Of a stretch of 64,000 bases of DNA, positions 1 to 12,874 are shown one piece after another. This DNA comes from Escherichia coli (GTDB taxonomy: Bacteria; Pseudomonadota; Gammaproteobacteria; Enterobacterales; Enterobacteriaceae): assembly GCF_011045215.1 (NCBI RefSeq), contig NZ_CP049201.1; one strand, 5' to 3'. Under the pieces are notes generated by a model, which saw only the letters and a list, made by a program, of their open reading frames with translations, was not told where the DNA came from and made no database searches. The translations under genes and the position numbers were made by a program. Each line of letters opens with the position of its first letter. Position 1 is the first letter of the stretch.

Positions 1-420
1 TCTGAACCGTGGCTGGAAGACGAGCTGGTGGTTTTCGCCGCGCCGACTTCGCCGTTGGCCCGTGGTCCGGTCACCTTAGAACAGCTGGCCGCTGCGCCGT
101 GGATCCTGCGTGAACGCGGTTCCGGCACGCGGGAGATTGTCGATTATCTGTTGCTGTCACATTTACCGAAGTTTGAGATGGCGATGGAATTAGGTAACTC
201 CGAGGCAATCAAACATGCGGTGCGTCATGGGTTGGGAATTAGTTGCCTGTCGCGACGTGTGATTGAAGATCAATTGCAGGCAGGCACATTAAGTGAAGTT
301 GCGGTCCCTCTGCCGCGCCTGATGCGTACGTTGTGGCGTATACATCATCGGCAAAAACACCTTTCCAACGCGCTACGGCGCTTTCTGGACTATTGCGATC
401 CCGCAAATGTGCCGCGTTAA
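1..420 (+). CDS. yeiE: LysR-family transcriptional regulator, C-terminal part (5' end lies outside the window)
   Basis: Open frame runs from the window edge to the stop at 420; translation looks like a LysR effector-binding domain; sits upstream of lysP as in K-12. Confidence 0.65.
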
Positions 421-624
421 GTTGCTGTACAAGAACATGCTGGTGCTGTGTCGATTTCGTGACGCAGCGCCTTCAGCATGCATTCGCCAGAAAAGAGATT
501 GGCTGCTTTACTTATAATCCCTGGGCGATCATGAAGGTGTCTTATAACCGTGTATTTCTGCCGGAAGGATTGCCAATCGTCTGCTACAATCGCGCCTCAT
601 TTTTTAGATGGATAGCATTTTTGT

Positions 625-2094
625 ATGGTTTCCGAAACTAAAACCACAGAAGCGCCGGGCTTACGCCGTGAATTAAAGGCGCGTCACCTGACGATGATTG
701 CCATTGGCGGTTCCATCGGTACAGGTCTTTTTGTTGCCTCTGGCGCAACGATTTCTCAGGCAGGTCCGGGCGGGGCATTGCTCTCGTATATGTTGATTGG
801 CCTGATGGTTTACTTCCTGATGACCAGTCTCGGTGAACTGGCTGCATATATGCCGGTTTCCGGTTCGTTTGCCACTTACGGTCAGAACTATGTTGAAGAG
901 GGCTTTGGCTTCGCGCTGGGCTGGAACTACTGGTACAACTGGGCGGTGACTATTGCCGTTGACCTGGTTGCAGCTCAGCTGGTCATGAGCTGGTGGTTCC
1001 CGGATACACCGGGCTGGATCTGGAGTGCGTTGTTCCTCGGCGTTATCTTCCTGCTGAACTACATCTCTGTTCGCGGCTTTGGTGAAGCGGAATACTGGTT
1101 CTCACTGATCAAAGTCACGACAGTTATTGTCTTTATCATCGTTGGCGTGCTGATGATTATCGGTATCTTCAAAGGCGCGCAGCCTGCGGGCTGGAGCAAC
1201 TGGACAATCGGCGAAGCGCCGTTTGCTGGTGGTTTTGCGGCGATGATCGGCGTAGCTATGATTGTCGGCTTCTCTTTCCAGGGAACCGAGCTGATCGGTA
1301 TTGCTGCAGGCGAGTCCGAAGATCCGGGGAAAAACATTCCACGCGCGGTACGTCAGGTGTTCTGGCGAATCCTGTTGTTCTATGTGTTCGCGATCCTGAT
1401 TATCAGCCTGATTATTCCGTACACCGATCCGAGCCTGCTGCGTAACGATGTTAAAGACATCAGCGTTAGTCCGTTCACCCTGGTGTTCCAGCACGCGGGT
1501 CTGCTCTCTGCTGCGGCGGTGATGAACGCAGTTATTCTGACGGCGGTGCTGTCAGCGGGTAACTCCGGTATGTATGCGTCTACTCGTATGCTGTACACCC
1601 TGGCGTGTGACGGTAAAGCGCCGCGCATTTTCGCTAAACTGTCGCGTGGTGGCGTGCCGCGTAATGCGCTGTATGCGACGACGGTGATTGCCGGTCTGTG
1701 CTTCCTGACCTCCATGTTTGGCAACCAGACGGTATACCTGTGGCTGCTGAACACCTCCGGGATGACCGGTTTTATCGCCTGGCTGGGGATTGCCATTAGC
1801 CACTACCGCTTCCGTCGCGGTTACGTATTGCAGGGACACGACATTAACGATCTACCGTACCGTTCAGGTTTCTTCCCACTGGGTCCGATCTTCGCATTCA
1901 TTCTGTGTCTGATTATCACTTTGGGCCAGAACTACGAAGCATTCCTGAAAGATACCATTGACTGGGGCGGCGTAGCGGCAACGTATATTGGTATCCCGCT
2001 GTTCCTGATTATTTGGTTCGGCTACAAGCTGATTAAAGGAACCCACTTCGTACGCTACAGCGAAATGAAGTTCCCGCAGAACGATAAGAAATAA
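625..2094 (+). CDS. lysP: Lysine-specific permease (APC family amino acid transporter)
   Basis: 489 aa ORF, highly hydrophobic multi-helix protein; length and position next to cirA match K-12 LysP. Confidence 0.9.
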   Translation: MVSETKTTEAPGLRRELKARHLTMIAIGGSIGTGLFVASGATISQAGPGGALLSYMLIGLMVYFLMTSLGELAAYMPVSGSFATYGQNYVEEGFGFALGWNYWYNWAVTIAVDLVAAQLVMSWWFPDTPGWIWSALFLGVIFLLNYISVRGFGEAEYWFSLIKVTTVIVFIIVGVLMIIGIFKGAQPAGWSNWTIGEAPFAGGFAAMIGVAMIVGFSFQGTELIGIAAGESEDPGKNIPRAVRQVFWRILLFYVFAILIISLIIPYTDPSLLRNDVKDISVSPFTLVFQHAGLLSAAAVMNAVILTAVLSAGNSGMYASTRMLYTLACDGKAPRIFAKLSRGGVPRNALYATTVIAGLCFLTSMFGNQTVYLWLLNTSGMTGFIAWLGIAISHYRFRRGYVLQGHDINDLPYRSGFFPLGPIFAFILCLIITLGQNYEAFLKDTIDWGGVAATYIGIPLFLIIWFGYKLIKGTHFVRYSEMKFPQNDKK

Positions 2095-2113
2095 GTTTCT
2101 CCCTTCCTTGCTA

Positions 2114-2141
2114 AGCCCTCTCAACCGAGAGGGCTTTTTCA
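2114..2141 (+). terminator. Rho-independent terminator downstream of lysP
   Basis: Hairpin agccctctc-aacc-gagagggct followed by a TTTTT run. Confidence 0.6.
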
Positions 2142-2189
2142 ATTCCATTTCCCTTACAAATCATGCGGATATAAAATTTAACATTTGGA

Positions 2190-2218
2190 TTGATAATTGT
2201 TATCGTTTGCATTATCGT
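2190..2218 (+). promoter_or_regulatory. Putative Fur box(es) in the cirA promoter
   Basis: tgataattgttatcgtttgcattatcgtta resembles overlapping GATAATGATAATCATTATC-type Fur sites, about 170 bp upstream of cirA; cirA is classically iron/Fur regulated. Confidence 0.5.
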
Positions 2219-2385
2219 TACGCCGCAATCAAAAAAGGCTGACAAATCAGAGGCTGGTCCGGCTTTCTGGGATGATCACCTGCATACAAATAAGTCCACC
2301 GCGATGCTGCCGTACGCAAGGGGACGTGAAGAAGATGTGAGCGATAACCCATTTTATTTTCGTAGTTACCTCATGGAGATATGGA

Positions 2386-4365
2386 ATGTTTAGGTTGAAC
2401 CCTTTCGTACGGGTCGGGCTGTGTTTGTCCGCTATTTCTTGTGCATGGCCTGTGTTAGCGGTCGATGATGATGGCGAAACGATGGTTGTCACTGCATCTT
2501 CCGTTGAACAAAACCTTAAAGATGCACCCGCCAGTATCAGCGTCATTACCCAGGAAGACCTGCAGCGAAAACCGGTACAGAATCTGAAGGATGTCCTCAA
2601 AGAAGTGCCTGGCGTACAACTGACGAACGAAGGGGATAACCGTAAGGGCGTTAGTATTCGTGGTCTGGACAGCAGCTACACCCTGATTCTTGTCGACGGT
2701 AAACGCGTTAACTCCCGCAATGCCGTCTTCCGCCACAATGATTTCGATCTGAACTGGATCCCGGTCGATTCCATCGAACGTATTGAAGTGGTCCGTGGCC
2801 CGATGTCGTCGCTGTACGGTTCCGATGCGCTCGGCGGTGTAGTGAATATCATCACCAAAAAAATCGGTCAGAAATGGTCGGGTACCGTTACCGTCGATAC
2901 CACCATTCAGGAACATCGCGATCGCGGTGATACCTATAACGGTCAGTTCTTTACCAGTGGACCATTAATTGATGGTGTGCTGGGAATGAAAGCCTACGGC
3001 AGCCTGGCAAAACGTGAAAAGGATGACCCGCAAAACTCAACGACCACCGATACCGGAGAAACGCCGCGTATTGAAGGATTCTCCAGCCGCGACGGCAATG
3101 TCGAATTTGCCTGGACACCGAATCAAAATCACGATTTTACTGCCGGATACGGTTTCGACCGTCAGGATCGTGATTCCGACTCGCTGGACAAAAACCGCCT
3201 GGAACGCCAGAACTACTCCGTCAGCCATAATGGGCGTTGGGATTACGGCACCAGCGAACTGAAATACTACGGTGAGAAAGTCGAGAACAAAAACCCTGGC
3301 AACAGCAGCCCGATAACTTCCGAAAGCAATACGGTCGACGGCAAATACACGTTGCCGCTGACGGCGATTAATCAGTTTCTCACGGTTGGCGGTGAATGGC
3401 GTCACGACAAACTTAGCGATGCGGTGAACCTGACCGGGGGAACCAGCTCCAAAACGTCTGCCAGCCAGTACGCGCTGTTTGTGGAAGATGAATGGCGGAT
3501 CTTCGAGCCGCTGGCGCTGACGACCGGCGTGCGTATGGACGATCACGAAACCTACGGTGAACACTGGAGTCCGCGTGCCTACCTGGTTTATAACGCCACC
3601 GACACCGTAACGGTGAAAGGGGGCTGGGCGACGGCATTTAAAGCACCTTCTCTGTTGCAACTTAGCCCTGACTGGACGAGCAATTCCTGCCGTGGCGCAT
3701 GTAAGATTGTGGGTAGCCCGGATCTGAAACCAGAAACCAGCGAAAGTTGGGAGCTGGGGCTTTACTACATGGGTGAAGAAGGCTGGCTGGAAGGGGTTGA
3801 ATCCAGCGTTACCGTTTTCCGTAACGATGTGAAAGATCGTATCAGCATCAGCCGTACGTCTGACGTCAATGCTGCACCAGGCTACCAAAACTTTGTCGGT
3901 TTTACAGCGAACGGTGTGCCGGTATTTAGCTACTACAACGTTAACAAAGCACGTATTCAGGGCGTGGAAACCGAGCTGAAAATTCCGTTCAACGATGAAT
4001 GGAAACTGTCACTCAACTACACCTACAACGATGGTCGTGATGTCAGCAACGGCGAAAACAAACCGCTATCCGATCTGCCGTTCCATACCGCTAACGGTAC
4101 GCTGGACTGGAAACCGCTGGCGCTGGAAGACTGGTCATTCTATGTTTCTGGTCACTATACCGGGCAGAAACGAGCCGACAGCGCGACGGCTAAAACACCG
4201 GGCGGTTATACCATCTGGAATACCGGCGCGGCCTGGCAGGTGACTAAAGACGTCAAACTGCGCGCAGGCGTGCTGAACCTTGGCGACAAGGATCTCAGTC
4301 GTGACGACTACAGCTATAACGAAGACGGACGTCGTTACTTTATGGCAGTGGATTATCGCTTCTGA
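2386..4365 (+). CDS. cirA: TonB-dependent outer-membrane receptor for catecholate siderophores / colicin I receptor
   Basis: 659 aa ORF with N-terminal signal peptide, TonB-box-like ETMVVTAS, and C-terminal ...[10 protein letters not shown] ending in an aromatic residue typical of OM beta-barrels. Confidence 0.9.
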   Translation: MFRLNPFVRVGLCLSAISCAWPVLAVDDDGETMVVTASSVEQNLKDAPASISVITQEDLQRKPVQNLKDVLKEVPGVQLTNEGDNRKGVSIRGLDSSYTLILVDGKRVNSRNAVFRHNDFDLNWIPVDSIERIEVVRGPMSSLYGSDALGGVVNIITKKIGQKWSGTVTVDTTIQEHRDRGDTYNGQFFTSGPLIDGVLGMKAYGSLAKREKDDPQNSTTTDTGETPRIEGFSSRDGNVEFAWTPNQNHDFTAGYGFDRQDRDSDSLDKNRLERQNYSVSHNGRWDYGTSELKYYGEKVENKNPGNSSPITSESNTVDGKYTLPLTAINQFLTVGGEWRHDKLSDAVNLTGGTSSKTSASQYALFVEDEWRIFEPLALTTGVRMDDHETYGEHWSPRAYLVYNATDTVTVKGGWATAFKAPSLLQLSPDWTSNSCRGACKIVGSPDLKPETSESWELGLYYMGEEGWLEGVESSVTVFRNDVKDRISISRTSDVNAAPGYQNFVGFTANGVPVFSYYNVNKARIQGVETELKIPFNDEWKLSLNYTYNDGRDVSNGENKPLSDLPFHTANGTLDWKPLALEDWSFYVSGHYTGQKRADSATAKTPGGYTIWNTGAAWQVTKDVKLRAGVLNLGDKDLSRDDYSYNEDGRRYFMAVDYRF

Positions 4366-4396
4366 TGAGAAGATGCCCGGCGAACCGGGCGGACTT

Positions 4397-5266
<870 letters not shown>

Positions 5267-5490
5267 TCATCATACCGTTTATTCAATGTGCTGTGAGTAA
5301 CTTTCACTTCCGTATTTGCATAACGATGTTTTAACATCTGCTGATGAAAGGCAGCGGCAATTACAATAATTATCGCTGTGAATACTGGATTATGTGCGCC
5401 GCCTCACGCACAATAATCAGGCTGTAAATCAGCTTAATAACTTTGCCCCCACGCAGGGCGGAGGCGTCACACCTGCAGGAGAAATCATAA

Positions 5491-6159
5491 ATGCCATCAC
5501 TCAGTAAAGAAGCGGCCCTGGTTCATGAAGCGTTAGTTGCGCGAGGACTGGAAACACCGCTGCGCCCGCCCGTGCATGAAATGGATAACGAAACGCGCAA
5601 AAGCCTTATTGCTGGTCATATGACCGAAATCATGCAGCTGCTGAATCTCGACCTGGCTGATGACAGTTTGATGGAAACGCCGCATCGCATCGCTAAAATG
5701 TATGTCGATGAAATTTTCTCCGGTCTGGATTACGCCAACTTCCCGAAAATCACCCTCATTGAAAACAAAATGAAGGTCGATGAAATGGTCACCGTGCGCG
5801 ATATCACTCTGACCAGTACCTGTGAACACCATTTTGTTACCATCGATGGCAAAGCGACGGTGGCTTATATCCCGAAAGATTCGGTGATCGGTCTGTCAAA
5901 AATTAACCGTATTGTGCAGTTCTTTGCCCAGCGTCCGCAGGTGCAGGAACGTCTGACGCAGCAAATTCTCATTGCGCTACAAACGCTGCTGGGCACCAAT
6001 AACGTGGCTGTCTCTATCGACGCGGTGCATTATTGCGTGAAGGCGCGTGGCATCCGCGATGCAACCAGTGCCACGACAACGACCTCTCTTGGTGGATTGT
6101 TCAAATCCAGTCAGAATACGCGCCACGAGTTTCTGCGCGCTGTGCGTCATCACAACTGA
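5491..6159 (+). CDS. folE: GTP cyclohydrolase I
   Basis: 222 aa ORF, length and neighbourhood match FolE. Confidence 0.9.
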
Positions 6160-6175
6160 TTTAAAGGCAGGAACC

Positions 6176-7333
6176 ATGGAGCGCAACGTCACGCTCGATT
6201 TTGTTCGCGGCGTCGCCATTCTGGGGATCCTGCTATTAAACATCAGCGCCTTTGGGCTACCAAAGGCGGCTTATCTTAATCCCGCCTGGTACGGTGCTAT
6301 TACGCCGCAGGATGCATGGACCTGGGCATTTCTCGATCTCATCGGCCAGGTGAAATTCCTCACGCTTTTTGCGCTGCTGTTTGGTGCGGGCCTGCAAATG
6401 TTGCTGCCCCGTGGCAGACGCTGGATCCAGTCGCGGTTAACGCTATTAGTCTTGCTGGGCTTTATTCACGGTTTATTGTTCTGGGACGGCGATATTCTGC
6501 TGGCTTACGGGCTGGTGGGCTTAATCTGCTGGCGGCTGGTGCGCGATGCGCCATCGGTAAAAAGCCTGTTTAATACCGGCGTCATGCTTTATCTGGTGGG
6601 GCTTGGCGTTTTGCTGTTATTGGGGTTGATTTCCGATACCCAGACCAGCCGCGCCTGGACGCCGGATGCATCGGCTATTTTGTATGAAAAATACTGGAAG
6701 CTTCACGGCGGCGTTGAAGCGATCAGTAATCGTGCCGATGGTGTTGGCAACAGTTTACTGGCACTGGGCGCACAGTATGGCTGGCAACTGGCAGGGATGA
6801 TGCTCATTGGTGCGGCGCTGATACGCAGCGGCTGGCTGAAAGGGCAGTTCAGCTTACGTCACTATCGTCGTACTGGTTTTGTGCTGGTGGCGATTGGGGT
6901 GACCATTAACCTTCCTGCCATCGCCCTGCAATGGCAGCTGGACTGGGCGTATCGCTGGTGTGCCTTCTTACTTCAAATGCCGCGGGAACTGAGTGCGCCG
7001 TTTCAGGCGATTGGCTATGCGTCGCTGTTTTATGGCTTCTGGCCGCAATTGAGCCGCTTTAAGCTGGTGCTTGCGATCGCCTGCGTCGGACGGATGGCGC
7101 TGACCAACTATCTATTGCAAACGCTGATTTGTACCACGCTTTTTTACCACCTCGGTTTGTTTATGCATTTTGACCGCCTGGAGCTGCTGGCGTTTGTTAT
7201 TCCGGTATGGCTGGCGAATATCCTCTTCTCTGTTATCTGGCTGCGTTACTTCCGCCAGGGGCCGGTGGAATGGCTCTGGCGTCAGTTAACTTTGCGTGCT
7301 GCCGGACCGGCAATATCTAAAACATCAAGATAA
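6176..7333 (+). CDS. yeiB: Inner-membrane protein, DUF418 family
   Basis: Track ORF 6047..7333 overlaps the folE 3' end; the internal Met (MERNVTL...) at 6176 gives 385 aa, which is the K-12 YeiB length. Polytopic membrane protein. Confidence 0.75.
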   Translation: MERNVTLDFVRGVAILGILLLNISAFGLPKAAYLNPAWYGAITPQDAWTWAFLDLIGQVKFLTLFALLFGAGLQMLLPRGRRWIQSRLTLLVLLGFIHGLLFWDGDILLAYGLVGLICWRLVRDAPSVKSLFNTGVMLYLVGLGVLLLLGLISDTQTSRAWTPDASAILYEKYWKLHGGVEAISNRADGVGNSLLALGAQYGWQLAGMMLIGAALIRSGWLKGQFSLRHYRRTGFVLVAIGVTINLPAIALQWQLDWAYRWCAFLLQMPRELSAPFQAIGYASLFYGFWPQLSRFKLVLAIACVGRMALTNYLLQTLICTTLFYHLGLFMHFDRLELLAFVIPVWLANILFSVIWLRYFRQGPVEWLWRQLTLRAAGPAISKTSR

Positions 7334-7474
7334 CGATCTGGATCACATTCGTTAACAAAACGGCTGTAACCGTTTCCATTGCTGTGACTCGATTCACGAA
7401 GTCCTGTATTCAGTGCTGACAAAATAGCCGCCAGCAAGCAGTCATTTACTGCAATCTCATAACAGGTAGTGAAT

Positions 7475-8515
7475 ATGATCACCATTCGTGATGTAGCGCG
7501 TCAGGCTGGCGTCTCTGTGGCAACGGTTTCCCGGGTGCTCAATAACAGCACGCTGGTCAGTGCCGATACGCGTGAAGCAGTAATGAAAGCCGTGAGTGAG
7601 CTGGATTATCGGCCAAACGCCAATGCCCAGGCGCTGGCAACTCAGGTTAGCGACACCATTGGCGTGGTGGTGATGGACGTTTCTGATGCGTTTTTCGGCG
7701 CGCTGGTAAAAGCGGTGGATCTGGTCGCCCAGCAGCATCAGAAATACGTGCTAATCGGCAATAGCTATCATGAAGCGGAAAAAGAACGTCACGCCATTGA
7801 GGTGTTAATTCGCCAGCGTTGTAATGCGTTGATTGTTCACTCAAAAGCATTGAGTGACGATGAACTGGCGCAATTTATGGATAACATTCCCGGTATGGTG
7901 TTAATCAACCGCGTTGTGCCGGGGTACGCCCATCGTTGCGTTTGCCTGGATAATCTCAGCGGTGCCCGAATGGCGACGCGCATGTTGCTGAATAACGGTC
8001 ATCAACGTATTGGTTATCTTTCTTCCAGTCACGGCATTGAAGATGACGCCATGCGTAAAGCAGGCTGGATGAGTGCGTTGAAAGAGCAGGATATTATTCC
8101 GCCGGAAGGCTGGATTGGCACTGGCACGCCGGACATGCCGGGCGGTGAGGCGGCGATGGTTGAACTGCTGGGGCGCAATCTACAACTTACCGCTGTATTT
8201 GCTTATAACGACAATATGGCCGCTGGCGCACTGACAGCATTAAAAGATAATGGCATTGCGATTCCGTTACATCTCTCAATCATCGGTTTCGATGATATTC
8301 CCATCGCCCGTTACACCGACCCGCAATTAACGACCGTGCGTTATCCCATTGCTTCAATGGCTAAATTAGCCACCGAACTGGCCTTGCAGGGTGCAGCAGG
8401 CAATATTGATCCTCGTGCCAGCCACTGTTTTATGCCGACGTTAGTGCGTCGCCATTCTGTCGCAACGCGCCAGAATGCGGCGGCGATCACTAACTCAACA
8501 AATCTGGCGATGTAA
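7475..8515 (+). CDS. galS: LacI/GalR-family repressor (mgl/gal isorepressor)
   Basis: N-terminal HTH ([24 protein letters not shown]) plus periplasmic-binding-protein-like sugar domain; directly upstream of mglBAC. Confidence 0.85.
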   Translation: MITIRDVARQAGVSVATVSRVLNNSTLVSADTREAVMKAVSELDYRPNANAQALATQVSDTIGVVVMDVSDAFFGALVKAVDLVAQQHQKYVLIGNSYHEAEKERHAIEVLIRQRCNALIVHSKALSDDELAQFMDNIPGMVLINRVVPGYAHRCVCLDNLSGARMATRMLLNNGHQRIGYLSSSHGIEDDAMRKAGWMSALKEQDIIPPEGWIGTGTPDMPGGEAAMVELLGRNLQLTAVFAYNDNMAAGALTALKDNGIAIPLHLSIIGFDDIPIARYTDPQLTTVRYPIASMAKLATELALQGAAGNIDPRASHCFMPTLVRRHSVATRQNAAAITNSTNLAM

Positions 8516-8527
8516 CCGCTTTCAATC

Positions 8528-8543
8528 TGTGAGTGATTTCACA
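8528..8543. promoter_or_regulatory. Putative CRP binding site in the galS-mglB intergenic region
   Basis: tgtgagtgatttcaca is a perfect TGTGA-N6-TCACA palindrome; the mgl promoter is known to be cAMP-CRP dependent. Which promoter it serves was not resolved. Confidence 0.4.
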
Positions 8544-8794
8544 GTATCTTAACAATGTGATAGCTATGATTGCACCGTTTTAACGTTGTAACCCGTATGT
8601 AACAGTGAATAATCACTTTCACCGAGGTAATAGCGTCATAACAACAATTAAAGCCGTTTTCTGGAGCGTTACCGGGCATGGAAGAACGAATTTTACAAAG
8701 TGAGCTTCGGCGTTCAGTAACACTTCATTAACTCTACTGCCCCGCCGAGCATTTATCTCAAGCACTACCCTGCATAAGAAAAACCGGAGATACC

Positions 8795-9793
8795 ATGAAT
8801 AAGAAGGTGTTAACCCTGTCTGCTGTGATGGCCAGCATGTTATTCGGTGCCGCTGCACACGCTGCTGATACTCGCATTGGTGTAACAATCTATAAGTACG
8901 ACGATAACTTTATGTCTGTGGTGCGCAAGGCTATTGAGCAGGATGCGAAAGCCGCGCCAGATGTTCAGCTGCTGATGAATGATTCTCAGAATGACCAGTC
9001 CAAGCAGAACGATCAGATCGACGTATTGCTGGCGAAAGGGGTGAAGGCACTGGCAATCAACCTGGTTGACCCGGCAGCTGCGGGTACGGTGATTGAGAAA
9101 GCGCGTGGGCAAAATGTGCCGGTGGTATTCTTTAACAAAGAACCGTCTCGTAAGGCGCTGGATAGCTACGACAAAGCCTACTACGTTGGCACTGACTCCA
9201 AAGAGTCCGGCATTATTCAGGGCGATTTGATTGCTAAACACTGGGCGGCGAATCAGGGTTGGGATCTGAACAAAGACGGTCAGATTCAGTTCGTACTGCT
9301 GAAAGGTGAACCGGGCCATCCGGATGCAGAAGCACGTACCACTTACGTGATTAAAGAGCTGAACGACAAAGGCATTAAAACTGAACAGTTACAGTTAGAT
9401 ACCGCAATGTGGGACACCGCTCAGGCGAAAGATAAGATGGACGCCTGGCTGTCTGGCCCGAACGCCAACAAAATCGAAGTGGTTATCGCCAACAACGATG
9501 CGATGGCAATGGGCGCGGTAGAAGCACTGAAAGCACACAACAAGTCCAGCATTCCGGTGTTTGGCGTCGATGCTCTGCCAGAAGCGCTGGCGCTGGTGAA
9601 ATCCGGTGCACTGGCGGGCACCGTACTGAACGATGCTAACAACCAGGCGAAAGCGACCTTTGATCTGGCGAAAAACCTGGCCGATGGTAAAGGTGCGGCT
9701 GATGGCACCAACTGGAAAATCGACAACAAAGTGGTCCGCGTACCTTATGTTGGCGTAGATAAAGACAACCTGGCTGAATTCAGCAAGAAATAA
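8795..9793 (+). CDS. mglB: Periplasmic galactose/glucose-binding protein
   Basis: 332 aa ORF with signal peptide ending ...AHAADTRIG; first gene of the ABC transporter operon. Confidence 0.9.
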   Translation: MNKKVLTLSAVMASMLFGAAAHAADTRIGVTIYKYDDNFMSVVRKAIEQDAKAAPDVQLLMNDSQNDQSKQNDQIDVLLAKGVKALAINLVDPAAAGTVIEKARGQNVPVVFFNKEPSRKALDSYDKAYYVGTDSKESGIIQGDLIAKHWAANQGWDLNKDGQIQFVLLKGEPGHPDAEARTTYVIKELNDKGIKTEQLQLDTAMWDTAQAKDKMDAWLSGPNANKIEVVIANNDAMAMGAVEALKAHNKSSIPVFGVDALPEALALVKSGALAGTVLNDANNQAKATFDLAKNLADGKGAADGTNWKIDNKVVRVPYVGVDKDNLAEFSKK

Positions 9794-9801
9794 GACTGAT
9801 T

Positions 9802-9824
9802 GGGCGCAGTCTATTACTGCGCCC
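9802..9824 (+). other. Intra-operon stem-loop between mglB and mglA
   Basis: Hairpin gggcgcagt-ctatt-actgcgccc immediately after the mglB stop; may act as an RNA stabiliser or partial terminator giving differential expression. Confidence 0.45.
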
Positions 9825-9853
9825 TTATTGTATGACCAACAAGGTAAAATTAT

Positions 9854-11374
9854 ATGGTCAGCTCAACGACTCCGTCCTCCGGGGAATACTTGTTGGAAAT
9901 GAGCGGTATCAGCAAGTCCTTTCCTGGTGTTAAGGCACTTGATAACGTTAATTTAAAAGTCCGGCCACATTCTATCCATGCATTAATGGGGGAAAACGGT
10001 GCAGGAAAATCGACATTATTAAAATGCCTGTTTGGTATTTATCAAAAAGACTCCGGCACCATTTTATTCCAGGGTAAAGAGATCGATTTTCATTCTGCCA
10101 AAGAAGCACTGGAAAATGGTATTTCGATGGTACACCAGGAGTTAAACCTGGTATTACAACGTTCGGTGATGGATAACATGTGGCTGGGGCGATATCCCAC
10201 CAAAGGCATGTTTGTCGATCAGGACAAAATGTACCGCGAAACCAAAGCGATTTTTGATGAACTGGATATTGATATCGATCCGCGTGCGCGCGTTGGCACA
10301 TTATCCGTTTCGCAAATGCAGATGATCGAAATCGCCAAAGCGTTTTCCTATAACGCGAAAATTGTGATTATGGATGAACCGACTTCTTCGTTAACCGAAA
10401 AAGAGGTCAATCATCTATTCACTATTATTCGTAAATTAAAAGAGCGCGGCTGCGGCATTGTCTATATCTCGCATAAAATGGAAGAGATCTTCCAGCTATG
10501 TGATGAAGTCACGGTACTGCGCGACGGTCAGTGGATAGCCACCGAACCGCTGGCAGGGCTGACGATGGACAAGATCATCGCCATGATGGTTGGGCGTTCT
10601 CTGAACCAACGTTTCCCGAATAAAGAAAACAAACCCGGCGAAGTGATCCTCGAAGTGCGTAACCTCACGTCGCTGCGCCAGCCGTCGATTCGCGATGTCT
10701 CGTTTGACCTGCATAAAGGGGAGATCCTCGGTATTGCCGGACTGGTGGGGGCGAAACGTACCGATATTGTTGAGACGTTATTTGGTATTCGCGAGAAATC
10801 GGCTGGCACCATTACGTTGCACGGCAAAAAGATCAATAACCATAATGCCAACGAAGCCATAAACCACGGATTTGCACTGGTAACTGAAGAGCGCCGCTCA
10901 ACGGGAATTTATGCCTATCTGGATATTGGCTTTAACTCGTTAATTTCCAATATTCGCAACTACAAAAATAAAGTTGGTTTACTGGATAACTCGCGGATGA
11001 AAAGCGATACCCAGTGGGTCATTGATTCGATGCGGGTAAAAACACCGGGGCATCGGACGCAAATAGGTTCGCTCTCAGGTGGCAATCAGCAAAAAGTGAT
11101 TATTGGTCGCTGGCTGTTAACGCAACCAGAAATATTAATGCTCGATGAACCGACGCGCGGTATTGATGTTGGGGCGAAGTTTGAGATTTATCAGTTAATT
11201 GCCGAACTGGCGAAGAAAGGCAAGGGGATTATTATTATCTCCTCTGAAATGCCAGAGTTGTTAGGGATAACAGACCGTATTCTGGTTATGAGCAATGGCC
11301 TCGTTTCCGGAATTGTCGATACAAAAACAACAACGCAAAACGAAATTCTGCGTCTTGCGTCTTTGCACCTTTAA
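9854..11374 (+). CDS. mglA: Galactose/methyl-galactoside ABC transporter ATP-binding protein (duplicated ABC domain)
   Basis: 506 aa ORF with Walker [10 protein letters not shown] and a second ABC half with signature LSGGNQQK. Confidence 0.9.
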   Translation: MVSSTTPSSGEYLLEMSGISKSFPGVKALDNVNLKVRPHSIHALMGENGAGKSTLLKCLFGIYQKDSGTILFQGKEIDFHSAKEALENGISMVHQELNLVLQRSVMDNMWLGRYPTKGMFVDQDKMYRETKAIFDELDIDIDPRARVGTLSVSQMQMIEIAKAFSYNAKIVIMDEPTSSLTEKEVNHLFTIIRKLKERGCGIVYISHKMEEIFQLCDEVTVLRDGQWIATEPLAGLTMDKIIAMMVGRSLNQRFPNKENKPGEVILEVRNLTSLRQPSIRDVSFDLHKGEILGIAGLVGAKRTDIVETLFGIREKSAGTITLHGKKINNHNANEAINHGFALVTEERRSTGIYAYLDIGFNSLISNIRNYKNKVGLLDNSRMKSDTQWVIDSMRVKTPGHRTQIGSLSGGNQQKVIIGRWLLTQPEILMLDEPTRGIDVGAKFEIYQLIAELAKKGKGIIIISSEMPELLGITDRILVMSNGLVSGIVDTKTTTQNEILRLASLHL

Positions 11375-11389
11375 GATTAGGGGCTTCCC

Positions 11390-12400
11390 ATGAGTGCGTT
11401 AAATAAGAAAAGTTTTCTTACTTACCTGAAAGAGGGCGGTATTTACGTCGTTCTTTTAGTTTTGCTGGCGATTATTATTTTCCAGGACCCAACATTTTTA
11501 AGTCTGTTGAACTTAAGTAATATTCTCACCCAGTCATCGGTGCGTATTATTATCGCGCTCGGCGTGGCAGGGTTAATTGTCACCCAGGGGACCGACCTTT
11601 CTGCAGGTCGTCAGGTGGGGCTGGCGGCAGTAGTAGCGGCGACGTTATTGCAGTCCATGGATAACGCCAACAAAGTGTTCCCGGAAATGGCGACGATGCC
11701 GATTGCGCTGGTTATTCTGATTGTCTGTGCCATTGGTGCGGTGATCGGTTTGATCAACGGTCTGATTATCGCTTATCTCAACGTGACGCCGTTCATTACC
11801 ACGCTTGGCACGATGATCATCGTCTATGGCATCAACTCGCTCTATTACGACTTTGTCGGGGCGTCGCCAATTTCTGGTTTTGACAGTGGCTTCTCTACCT
11901 TTGCTCAGGGCTTTGTCGCGCTGGGGAGTTTCCGTCTCTCTTACATCACCTTCTACGCGTTGATTGCGGTGGCGTTCGTCTGGGTGTTGTGGAACAAAAC
12001 CCGCTTCGGTAAGAACATTTTTGCCATTGGCGGTAACCCGGAAGCGGCAAAAGTATCTGGTGTCAACGTCGGCCTGAACCTGCTGATGATCTACGCGTTG
12101 TCTGGTGTGTTCTATGCCTTCGGCGGGATGTTAGAAGCCGGACGTATCGGTTCTGCCACCAACAACCTCGGCTTTATGTATGAACTGGATGCTATCGCGG
12201 CGTGCGTGGTAGGCGGTGTATCGTTCAGCGGCGGTGTGGGGACGGTGATTGGCGTGGTGACCGGGGTAATTATTTTTACCGTCATCAACTATGGCCTGAC
12301 GTATATCGGCGTAAACCCATACTGGCAGTACATCATCAAAGGGGCGATTATTATCTTCGCCGTAGCGCTGGATTCACTGAAATACGCGCGTAAGAAGTGA
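11390..12400 (+). CDS. mglC: Galactose/methyl-galactoside ABC transporter permease
   Basis: 336 aa polytopic membrane protein immediately after mglA. Confidence 0.9.
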   Translation: MSALNKKSFLTYLKEGGIYVVLLVLLAIIIFQDPTFLSLLNLSNILTQSSVRIIIALGVAGLIVTQGTDLSAGRQVGLAAVVAATLLQSMDNANKVFPEMATMPIALVILIVCAIGAVIGLINGLIIAYLNVTPFITTLGTMIIVYGINSLYYDFVGASPISGFDSGFSTFAQGFVALGSFRLSYITFYALIAVAFVWVLWNKTRFGKNIFAIGGNPEAAKVSGVNVGLNLLMIYALSGVFYAFGGMLEAGRIGSATNNLGFMYELDAIAACVVGGVSFSGGVGTVIGVVTGVIIFTVINYGLTYIGVNPYWQYIIKGAIIIFAVALDSLKYARKK

Positions 12401-12452
12401 TATGATTGTGGTCCGCATTCGGTCATAAACGCACATAACATCATGATCTGTG

Positions 12453-12870
12453 TGGTTTTGTAGGCCGGATAAGGCGTTCACGCCGCATCCGGCGACAGGA
12501 GCCAAATGCCGGATGCAACGCTGGCGCGTTTTATCCGGCCTACAATGAGCTCAACATACTGATTTGTATGGTTTTGTAGGCCGGATAAGGCGTTCACGCC
12601 GCATCCGGCGACAGGAGCCAAATGCCGGATGCAACGCTGGCGCGTTTTATCCGGCCTACAATGAGCTCAACATACTGATTTGTATGGTTTTGTAGGCCGG
12701 ATAAGGCGTTCAAGCCGCATCCGGCGACAGGAGCCAAATGCCGGATGCAACGCTGGCGCGTTTTATCCGGCCTACAATGAGCTCAACATACTGATTTGTA
12801 TGGTTTTGTAGGCCGGATAAGGCGTTCAAGCCGCATCCGGCGACAGGAACCAAATGCCGGATGCGTCTCT
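12453..12870. repeat. Tandem BIME/REP array, about 3.6 copies of a 116-bp unit
   Basis: Unit beginning tggttttgtaggccggataaggcgttca(c/a)gccgcatccggcgacagga... recurs at 12453, 12569, 12685 and 12801 with near-perfect identity; each unit holds two inverted REP palindromes. Confidence 0.85.
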
Positions 12871-12874
12871 GGTT

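Noticed and set aside
3037-3888. 283-aa minus-strand ORF
   Set aside because: It lies entirely inside cirA on the opposite strand; it is an Arg/Gly-rich shadow frame of a GC-rich gene.
6047-6175. Apparent overlap of yeiB with the 3' end of folE
   Set aside because: The later in-frame Met (MERNVTL...) just after the folE stop gives a sensible start; the overlap is an artefact of the longest-ORF call.
12453-12870. Regularly spaced repeats that could be mistaken for a CRISPR array
   Set aside because: The period is 116 bp with essentially no unique spacers, the repeat itself is the classic REP palindrome, and there are no cas genes nearby; it is a BIME array.
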